Shown here one piece after another: positions 1 through 6,775 of a stretch of DNA of 11,647 nt. Both the position numbers and the translations under genes were made by a program. The DNA is from Verrucomicrobiota bacterium (GTDB lineage: Bacteria; Verrucomicrobiota; Verrucomicrobiia; Limisphaerales; SXQI01): NCBI GenBank assembly GCA_033762115.1, contig JANRLX010000033.1:1-11647 (forward strand), written 5' to 3'. Each line of letters starts with the position of its first letter. Position 1 is the stretch's first letter. Below the pieces are notes generated by a model that saw nothing but the letters and a program-made list of their open reading frames with translations, made no database searches and had not been told where the DNA came from.

Positions 1-469
1 AGTTTCGTTTGAACTCCATGGCCATGTTTTTTTGCAGGGCGTCAGCACTGGCGGAAAAATCCACCTGGACGGAATGATCGACGACGAGATCGACTGGAAC
101 GAGGGGTTCGACAACCTTTGGATCATGATTGAGTCGGGCCGCGGCAGACCGCATTGCAGCCAGGTCCACAAGCAGGGGAACACCAGTAAAATCCTGAAGA
201 ACGATCCGCGCGACGACAAAGGGAATTTCCGCGGTGCGGGCAGCGGTGGGTTTCCAATTGGCGAGCGTGCGAATATCCTCGGCGTTGATTTTCTGCCCAT
301 CGTAATTACGGAGGACTGATTCAAGAACAATTCGGATGCAGACAGGCAACTGGGAGATTGGCCCGACGCCTTCCCGCTCGAGCACTGGAAGAGAGTAGAA
401 TTTACCGTGCTGGCCATTGCCAAGCGTAAATTCCTGAAGTGATTTGAAAAGAGAGTGCGGCGTTTTCAT
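1..469 (-). CDS. acnA: Aconitate hydratase AcnA, N-terminal 156 codons (truncated by the left window edge)
   Basis: Manual translation from ATG at 469: [61 protein letters not shown]...[58 protein letters not shown]...[20 protein letters not shown] and [11 protein letters not shown] are hallmark AcnA/IRP motifs. Not in the ORF track because there is no stop codon in the window. Confidence 0.97.
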   Translation of the reverse strand, partial: MKTPHSLFKSLQEFTLGNGQHGKFYSLPVLEREGVGPISQLPVCIRIVLESVLRNYDGQKINAEDIRTLANWKPTAARTAEIPFVVARIVLQDFTGVPLLVDLAAMRSAAARLNHDPKVVEPLVPVDLVVDHSVQVDFSASADALQKNMAMEFKRN

Positions 470-502
470 CAGGCTAAGAATCGGTCGGTTGCAAGCTGCA
501 AA

Positions 503-536
503 TGAATAAACCGACCATGTTTGGCCGGTTTATTCA
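503..536 (-). terminator. Probable intrinsic terminator or stabilising hairpin downstream of the peroxiredoxin gene
   Basis: Minus-strand RNA UGAAUAAACCGGCCA-AACA-UGGUCGGUUUAUUCA forms a 15-bp stem with one G-U pair, 17 nt after the peroxiredoxin stop. The GC core is followed by UUUAUUCAUUU. The single DNA mismatch is a G-U pair only on the minus strand, matching the direction of the genes. Confidence 0.7.
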
Positions 537-553
537 AGGGCCAAACTTTGAAT

Positions 554-1033
554 TTAAGTCAAACGAGCAAGTGTTTCCTTGATCGCGGTAAAGTTGGGAA
601 GGTCTTTCGGTGTCGGGGTTTGCTCGCTGTATTGGATCACCCCGTTCTTATCAATCACGAAGGCAGCGCGGGCGCTGACAGCGCCGAGGCCAATCAAGTC
701 CGGGAGCAATGTTCCGTAAGCTTCGGCGGTTTTTTTGTTGAGGTCACTGGCCAGGGTGATGCCAATTTTTTCCTTCTGGGCCCAGGCTTCCTGGGCAAAC
801 GGACTGTCCACACTGATCCCAAGCACTTCAGCGTTGACTGAGCCGTAAGCGCTGAGGCCGGCAGTGACATCACACATTTCAGCGGTGCAGACACTGGTAA
901 ATGCCAGGGGGAAGAAAAGAAGGAGAACATTCTTTTTGCCGAAATGATTACTCAGAGTGACATCAACCAACCCGTTCGCTGTCTTGGATTTGAGGGTGAA
1001 ATCTGGAGCTTTTGATCCAACAGGAATAGCCAT
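554..1033 (-). CDS. Peroxiredoxin (AhpC/TSA redoxin fold, AhpE-like/BCP-type), 159 aa
   Basis: N-terminal VGSKAPDFTL; active-site FFPLAFTSVCTAEMC (PxxxTxxC with the peroxidatic Cys); GISVDS; RAAFVIDKNGVI containing the conserved Arg. Confidence 0.93.
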   Translation of the reverse strand: MAIPVGSKAPDFTLKSKTANGLVDVTLSNHFGKKNVLLLFFPLAFTSVCTAEMCDVTAGLSAYGSVNAEVLGISVDSPFAQEAWAQKEKIGITLASDLNKKTAEAYGTLLPDLIGLGAVSARAAFVIDKNGVIQYSEQTPTPKDLPNFTAIKETLARLT

Positions 1034-1061
1034 AAATATTATATTTTAAATGTCCTGATCC

Positions 1062-1090
1062 GTTATAGGACCGGAGAATGGTGGTGTCAA
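1062..1090 (-). promoter_or_regulatory. Near-consensus sigma70 promoter for the peroxiredoxin gene
   Basis: Minus strand reads TTGACA (1090-1085), a 17-nt spacer, then TATAAC (1067-1062), 28 nt upstream of the ATG at 1033. Confidence 0.8.
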
Positions 1091-1105
1091 AACCGGAATT
1101 GCAGG

Positions 1106-1924
1106 TCAGGATTGATTCTGGATAAAAGAGTTGTAGGCAGATTCGACAGTCCCCCGGCCATGTCGTTTTTCGAGACGGCGAATGATGAAATGTCCCCGTG
1201 CCATGTTCTGGAAATGTTCCATGAACATGACATTGATCAGGGCACCCGCTGCTGCCCCGATCACCGGCACTGCCTTGGCTGCGGCTTGCTCGGAAACCAC
1301 CACGCCGAAGCGCGAGCTGATGGCGGTCACGAAGCGGACCATTGCAGGCGCGGTTTTTTGAACAGTGCCACGCTGGGTAAGATGGGCGGCGGCTTCGCGC
1401 AAGGCCTGGGCAAGCGCAGTGCGGACAGCCCAGTAGCTGCTTTCGGCGCCTTCCTTTTTTGCTCCCTGGCTGCCGAGGGCAAATACTTCAAGACATTGCA
1501 ACCGGGTTTCCATCGCCCCAAGGTCATGCCCTTCGCTCCGGGCAATATCAGCAATGGACCTCAGCATGACAGTGGTTGAGAGCGGGAGCTCGATCATGAG
1601 TGCGGGAAGACCAAAGAGCCCGCCTATCCCCCCGGACGCTCCGACAGCCAATTTATGCGCCAGGTTGGAAGCGGAGGAGGGACGGTTTGGTACCGTTTTG
1701 ATCGCCACATCCATGGCCTGATTCAAAGCCTTTCGCACCACGGTATTCAGGGTGCCGGACCAGTTTTGAGGGAGCATTTTGAGTCCCTTTTCGATCGGTG
1801 TGCCCAGAGTGTCTGAAAGTCGCGCGGCCAGACCGGGGTTTTCCAGAAGACTCCGCGCAAAGCGAAGTTCCTCCAATTCCGCCTGGCTCAGGGGAGTGTA
1901 ACGAAGAGGCTTTGATTCTTCCAT
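1106..1924 (-). CDS. EcsC-family protein, function unknown, 272 aa
   Basis: Typical EcsC-family segments HKLAVGASGGIGGLFGLPALMIELPLSTTVMLRSIADIARSEG, CLEVFALG, VPVIGAAAGALIN and FQNMARGHFIIRRLE. Recognised from memory of the family; no search was run. Confidence 0.85.
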   Translation of the reverse strand: MEESKPLRYTPLSQAELEELRFARSLLENPGLAARLSDTLGTPIEKGLKMLPQNWSGTLNTVVRKALNQAMDVAIKTVPNRPSSASNLAHKLAVGASGGIGGLFGLPALMIELPLSTTVMLRSIADIARSEGHDLGAMETRLQCLEVFALGSQGAKKEGAESSYWAVRTALAQALREAAAHLTQRGTVQKTAPAMVRFVTAISSRFGVVVSEQAAAKAVPVIGAAAGALINVMFMEHFQNMARGHFIIRRLEKRHGRGTVESAYNSFIQNQS

Positions 1925-2018
1925 AATTTGAAAAATTGAGTGAAATTCAATGCTGGGCGTTCAAATCATTGAGCAAAACCATGTGGATTTTTTGTATGCT
2001 CCTTCATAACATTCATTT

Positions 2019-3410
2019 ATGCCAGAAAAGAGTCTGAACGAAGTAGCTCAGGGCGACCGGGAGTTGTTTGAAAAGGGAATGGCTGCCGTGCAAAGGAACA
2101 ACCTTGATTACGCACTGGCAATTTTCACGCAGGTCCTGAAAAACGTGCCGAGTCTTTATGAATGCCGGGAAGCGCTTCGCTCGGCGCAGATGCGAAAGGC
2201 AGGAAGTGGAGGCGGATTTTTCAAGCGGATGATGGGAACGGCCGGGGCATCACCTCTCCTGGCAAAAGCCCAGTTTCTGTTGCGCTCCGATCCGGCTGAA
2301 GCGTTGAACATCTGTGAACAGATTTTGAATTCAGACCCAAACAACGTGTCTGCCCATAAGATTCTGGCCGAAGGGGCATTGATGCTGGACTTTCCAAAAA
2401 CAGCAGTTCTGTCCCTGGGAATCGCCCAGAAAAACTCACCCGGTGACCAGGATTTGGCAGTACGACTGGCAGAAGCCCTGTTGTTGATCGGCAATAACCA
2501 GGCTGCGGAAACCATTTACAAGGAGTTGCAAAAGCGCAACCCCACCGACTCCACTCTCGCCCAGGCACTGAAAAACATAGCCGCACGGCGAACGATGCTG
2601 GAAGGAGGATATGAAGGTCTGGAAAAAGGGGAGGGTTCCTATCGCGACATCCTGAAGAACAAGGCAGAGGCGGTTTCACTGGAGCAGGAGAAACGGGAGG
2701 TCAAGGATGAGGATGTTGCTGGTCGTTTGATCGCAGAGTATGAAGCGCGGCTGGCAGGCGAACCGGATAACCTCCGGCTGATCCGATCAATTGCGGAATT
2801 ATACACTCAAAGAAACGAATTTGATAAGGCCCTCGCTTATTATGCAAAGATCACCGACAGAGAAGGTGTCAGTGACATGTCATTGGAAAAAGCGATCACT
2901 GAGACTAAACGGAAGGAAATCGACTACAAAATCAGCAAGCTGGACAAGAAGGCTCCCGATTACGCACAGCAGGTGGAGAAACTGAGGACCGAACGGGACA
3001 ATTTCCAGATCGATGATTGCAAGCGGCGTGTGGATAAATATCCCAATGACCTGCAGCTCCGCTTTGAGTTGGGGATGCTTCTTTTCCAGGCCGGGAGAAT
3101 CAGTGAAGCGATGCCTGAATTTCAAAAAGCCCAGCAGCACCCCAATCGCCGGATCCAGGCCATGAACATGCTCGGGATCTGTTTCGCTCAACGAAACATG
3201 AACGATCTGGCTGCACGTACGTTTCAGAATGCGTTAAAAGAAAAGATCGTGTTCGATGATGAAAAGAAGGCGATCCTTTACAATCTCGGCGAAGTGCTGG
3301 AGAAAATGGGAAAAAAAGAGGAAGCGATTGAGCAGTTCAAACAGGTTTACGAAGTGGACATTGGATATCGCGATGTCGCCGCGAAGGTCGATGCATATTA
3401 CGCAGGCTGA
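2019..3410 (+). CDS. Tetratricopeptide-repeat protein, cytoplasmic, 463 aa
   Basis: Several helical TPR-like units (LRFELGMLLFQAGRISEAMPEFQKA; AMNMLGICFAQRNMNDLAARTFQNA; ILYNLGEVLEKMGKKEEAIEQFKQV). No signal peptide or TM segment; charged coiled-coil-like middle region. Confidence 0.88.
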   Translation: MPEKSLNEVAQGDRELFEKGMAAVQRNNLDYALAIFTQVLKNVPSLYECREALRSAQMRKAGSGGGFFKRMMGTAGASPLLAKAQFLLRSDPAEALNICEQILNSDPNNVSAHKILAEGALMLDFPKTAVLSLGIAQKNSPGDQDLAVRLAEALLLIGNNQAAETIYKELQKRNPTDSTLAQALKNIAARRTMLEGGYEGLEKGEGSYRDILKNKAEAVSLEQEKREVKDEDVAGRLIAEYEARLAGEPDNLRLIRSIAELYTQRNEFDKALAYYAKITDREGVSDMSLEKAITETKRKEIDYKISKLDKKAPDYAQQVEKLRTERDNFQIDDCKRRVDKYPNDLQLRFELGMLLFQAGRISEAMPEFQKAQQHPNRRIQAMNMLGICFAQRNMNDLAARTFQNALKEKIVFDDEKKAILYNLGEVLEKMGKKEEAIEQFKQVYEVDIGYRDVAAKVDAYYAG

Positions 3411-3478
3411 TCCGAGGCAGTTTGCTTTGCTTGAAATAAAGGCAATGATTGAGTTCAATCCTCTTGTCACCTGGAAAT

Positions 3479-3484
3479 TATAAT
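3479..3484 (+). promoter_or_regulatory. Candidate -10 element for the dehydratase gene
   Basis: Perfect TATAAT 41 nt upstream of ATG 3526. No good -35 hexamer at 17-nt spacing; that position overlaps the dyad GATTGAgtTCAATC (3447-3460). Confidence 0.45.
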
Positions 3485-3525
3485 ATCCGTGGATTGCAGG
3501 GAAACCTGCGTTTGAGTGATCGTTG

Positions 3526-5391
3526 ATGACATTATTGAATTTGTACACCCCGTTGGTTCGTGTCCTGGTGCTCCTGGTTTTATATGCGGCAGCACTTTCA
3601 CTGAGCCGATGGCTTGCTTACCAATTGCGGTTTGATTTTGAAGTCCCAAAACCCTTTTCAGCATACGTTTCCCTCCACATGGTCTGGGTTGTCGGGTTGA
3701 AGCTCGTGGTGCTTGGTTTGTTTCGGCAATTTTCCGGGTTGCTCAGTTTTTTTAGTATTCCTGATCTGCGCCGATTGTTTTTCGCCTGCAGCACAGCTTC
3801 CTTTACCCTGCTGATCCTGCGCTATTTCAAGCCGGATTTTTATAGCGACCCGCGCGGCGTGATCCTGATCGATTTTGTGCTTTCAGTCATGGGCCTCGCC
3901 ATGGTGCGATTGAACTTCCGCCTGATCAGGGAACGATTGATTTCGCCGCAACCTAAGCATCATCGCCGGATGAAACGTGTGGGCATTATCGGCGCGGGCG
4001 ATGTGGGAGCGACCCTGGCGAAGGAACTCATCGTCAAAAGGGGGCTGGGACTGCAACCGGCAGCTTTCTTCGATGATGACAAGCGGAAGTGGCGTTCCAC
4101 GATCCATGATATCCCGGTGGTCGGCCCGCCAGAAATGCTTCTGGAAGGAGGAAACAATCTGCAACTGGATGAGGTGATTATCGCCATGCCCTCCGCGCCA
4201 GCCAAAAGGATTGGAGAAGTGGTCGGGATATTGCAGAAAACGAGATTGAAATTTGAGACAGTCCCCTCGATGGACCAGCTGGCCACGGGACAGGTAAAGG
4301 TCAGTCAGTTGCGAACAGTGGAAATCCAGGATTTGCTGGGTCGTCCGCCCGTGAAGCTGGAAATGGAAAACATCCGGGGGATCCTTGCCGGAAAAGTGGT
4401 CATGGTCACCGGTGCGGGTGGAAGCATCGGAAGTGAGTTATGCAGGCAGATTGCCTCTTTCAATCCACATCGACTGTTGCTGGTGGAGCAATGCGAAGTC
4501 CAGATTTTCCAGATTGAACAGGAACTGATTGAAAAAGGTTTCGGCGGCATTGTCCTGCCATTGGTGGCGGACATTCTGGACAAACCGCGGATGCGTTACA
4601 TTTTCGACCGTTTCAGGCCTAATGTGATTTTTCATGCGGCGGCGCACAAGCATGTGCCCATGATGGAACGTCAACCCGGTGAAGCGATCAAAAACAATAC
4701 CATCGGCACAGCCCAAGTGGCGGAACTGGCGGGTGAATTCAAGGCAGAACGATTTGTCCTGATTTCCACCGACAAAGCCATTAACCCAACAAACGTGATG
4801 GGTGCGACAAAGCGGATGGCCGAAATTTTCATCCAGGCACTGCACGCGAGGAACGGGGGAGTGACCAAATTCATGGCTGTCCGGTTTGGAAATGTGCTCG
4901 GTTCTTCCGGCAGCGTGATCCCGATCTTCAAGCAACAGATTGCCGCCGGTGGTCCAGTCAAGGTGACCCACCCGGACGTGACCCGTTATTTCATGACAAT
5001 TCCTGAAGCCGTCGGATTGGTCCTGCAAAGCGGTGCGCAGGGGGAAGGGGGAGAGATTTTCGTATTGGACATGGGCCAGCCGGTCAAGATTGTGGATCTG
5101 GCGCGACAGTTGATCGAATTAAGCGGCTTGAAACCGGATGAGGATATTGAAATTGAATATGTGGGGCTGCGTCCGGGTGAAAAATTATTTGAAGAGCTTA
5201 GTCATAAGGGAGAGAATATCACCACCACCCACCATCCAAAGATCATGCGGCTGGTCTGCACTCCGGCTGAGCTTGGCCAGATCAGGCAGTTATTTGCTGA
5301 GTTGATGAACGAGCTGCATGAAGCAGAACCGGCGCACCTCAAGATGTTGATCAAGAAAGTCGTCCCCGAATATCAGCCTTACCTCACTTGA
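3526..5391 (+). CDS. Membrane-bound nucleoside-diphosphate sugar 4,6-dehydratase, CapD/WbpM/PglF family (about 621 aa; ATG 3526 or TTG 3523)
   Basis: About four N-terminal hydrophobic segments; first Rossmann-like IIGAGDVG...FFDDD; then IQDLLGR, VTGAGGSIGSELCRQI, FHAAAHKHVPMME, ISTDKAINPTNVMGATKR, VRFGNVLGSSGSVIP, RYFMTIPEA and GLRPGEKLFEEL. Confidence 0.96.
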   Translation: MTLLNLYTPLVRVLVLLVLYAAALSLSRWLAYQLRFDFEVPKPFSAYVSLHMVWVVGLKLVVLGLFRQFSGLLSFFSIPDLRRLFFACSTASFTLLILRYFKPDFYSDPRGVILIDFVLSVMGLAMVRLNFRLIRERLISPQPKHHRRMKRVGIIGAGDVGATLAKELIVKRGLGLQPAAFFDDDKRKWRSTIHDIPVVGPPEMLLEGGNNLQLDEVIIAMPSAPAKRIGEVVGILQKTRLKFETVPSMDQLATGQVKVSQLRTVEIQDLLGRPPVKLEMENIRGILAGKVVMVTGAGGSIGSELCRQIASFNPHRLLLVEQCEVQIFQIEQELIEKGFGGIVLPLVADILDKPRMRYIFDRFRPNVIFHAAAHKHVPMMERQPGEAIKNNTIGTAQVAELAGEFKAERFVLISTDKAINPTNVMGATKRMAEIFIQALHARNGGVTKFMAVRFGNVLGSSGSVIPIFKQQIAAGGPVKVTHPDVTRYFMTIPEAVGLVLQSGAQGEGGEIFVLDMGQPVKIVDLARQLIELSGLKPDEDIEIEYVGLRPGEKLFEELSHKGENITTTHHPKIMRLVCTPAELGQIRQLFAELMNELHEAEPAHLKMLIKKVVPEYQPYLT

Positions 5392-6772
5392 TTTTCGAGG
5401 AGCTCCCGATGGCTGCCAGCTCCTGCCAAAGAAAGACAGCCATCGCCATTCCTTTCTCAAATGAATCGAGGTTAAATTTTTCATTGGGTGAATGGGCATT
5501 GTCGTCAGGTAACGCCAGGCCGAGCAGCAGCGTATCCACCCCAAGAATTTTCCGGAAATCATTCACGATCGGAATCGAGCCACCCTCGCGCATCATGATG
5601 GGCTCGGCTTTGAACGCTCTTCGCAGGGCGTTGATACCAGCGCGGGCCTTGGGGTTTTCAGGGGAAACGTAATACGGTTCCCCGGCATGGCCTACTTCCA
5701 CCTCGATCCGGCAGGTAGCCGGGCACAGGCATTTCAGATACGCCGCGACGAGTTTGCCGATTCGCGCCGGGTCCTGGTTGGGAACAAGACGACAGGTGAT
5801 TTTGGCGCTGGCCCATGCGGGAATGATCGTTTTGCTGCCTGCACCCTGATAACCGCTGGTCAACCCGTTGATTTCCAAAGTTGGACGGGCGCTTCGCTGC
5901 TCTACAAGGGTGTACCCTTTTTCACCAAATAATTCCTGAACCCCCAAAAAATTCCGGTATTTGACAGGGTCCAGTTTCAACTTCGCAATCTCCTTGCGCT
6001 CACTGGCAGTAAGCGGTTGGACATCATCATAGAATCCCGGGATGGCGATGCGGCCTTTTTTGTCCCGCAACGTGGCGAGTATCTGGGAGAGAACAAAAGC
6101 GGGGTTGTCGACAGTGCCTCCAAAAATGCCGGAATGAAGGTCCCGATTGGGGCCATGAACTTTCACCTCGAAAGCCGCGATGCCGCGCAGGCCGCAAGTA
6201 AGGGCAGGTTGTTTCAAGCTGGGCATGCCAGTGTCTGAAATGACAACTCCCTCGCCTTTCAGGATGGCGCGATTTTGTTTGAGGAACTTTGCGAGATTTT
6301 TGCTGCCCACTTCCTCTTCACCTTCGATCAGGAATGTCAGATCGCAGGGGAGATCAGTCCCCGTTTTGAGATAAGCCTCGACTGCATAAAGATGCGCCAG
6401 ATGCTGCCCCTTGTTGTCACTGGCTCCTCGCGCGAACAGGTTTCTGCCTTCGAGACGCGGGGCGAAGGGTGGTGTTTTCCACAGTTCAAAAGGTTCGGGA
6501 GGTTGGACATCATAATGTCCATAGACCAGGTAATGCGGCCTGGCTTTTCCCGAACGAGGTGTTTTGGCCAGCACGACGGGGCAGCCGCCGGTTTCCATCA
6601 GTTTCGCCTGCAATCCGGCTTTTTCAAAACGCTTCTGCAACCATGAAGCGCACTGCCGCATTTCGGGCGATTTGTCCGGTTGAGCAGAAATGCTGGGAAA
6701 GCGAAGATACTCACATAATTCCTCAACATAAGCTGAGGAGTGTTGCCGTAAATAATCCAGAACTACCTGCAT
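5384..6772 (-). CDS. M20-family metallo-dipeptidase (ArgE/DapE/Dug1-CNDP-like), 462 aa
   Basis: Metal-binding and catalytic motifs YGHYDVQP, ARGASDNKG, EGEEEVGS, DLHSG and NAHSPNE. Confidence 0.95.
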   Translation of the reverse strand: MQVVLDYLRQHSSAYVEELCEYLRFPSISAQPDKSPEMRQCASWLQKRFEKAGLQAKLMETGGCPVVLAKTPRSGKARPHYLVYGHYDVQPPEPFELWKTPPFAPRLEGRNLFARGASDNKGQHLAHLYAVEAYLKTGTDLPCDLTFLIEGEEEVGSKNLAKFLKQNRAILKGEGVVISDTGMPSLKQPALTCGLRGIAAFEVKVHGPNRDLHSGIFGGTVDNPAFVLSQILATLRDKKGRIAIPGFYDDVQPLTASERKEIAKLKLDPVKYRNFLGVQELFGEKGYTLVEQRSARPTLEINGLTSGYQGAGSKTIIPAWASAKITCRLVPNQDPARIGKLVAAYLKCLCPATCRIEVEVGHAGEPYYVSPENPKARAGINALRRAFKAEPIMMREGGSIPIVNDFRKILGVDTLLLGLALPDDNAHSPNEKFNLDSFEKGMAMAVFLWQELAAIGSSSKIK

Positions 6773-6775
6773 CAG

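Noticed and set aside
26..33. T7 run in acnA as a possible frameshift or phase-variation site
   Set aside because: It reads CAA AAA AAC in frame, and aconitase similarity continues past it (MEFKRN).
32..319. 95-aa plus-strand ORF in the track
   Set aside because: Antisense shadow of acnA, whose minus-strand frame carries unmistakable aconitase motifs.
470..553. Possible iron-responsive element (IRE) upstream of acnA
   Set aside because: No CAGUG-type loop is present; the hairpin loop is AACA.
1925..2018. Short dyads (TCAATG...CATTGA, TTGAA...TTCAA) and TATGCT in the divergent EcsC/TPR intergenic region
   Set aside because: Arms are only 5-6 bp in AT-rich DNA and no -35/-10 pair has proper spacing; too weak to call.
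4765..4815. MxxxK (MGATK) instead of the SDR YxxxK motif in the dehydratase
   Set aside because: Met at this position is the known norm for the membrane-bound WbpM/PglF/CapD subfamily, not an inactivating change.
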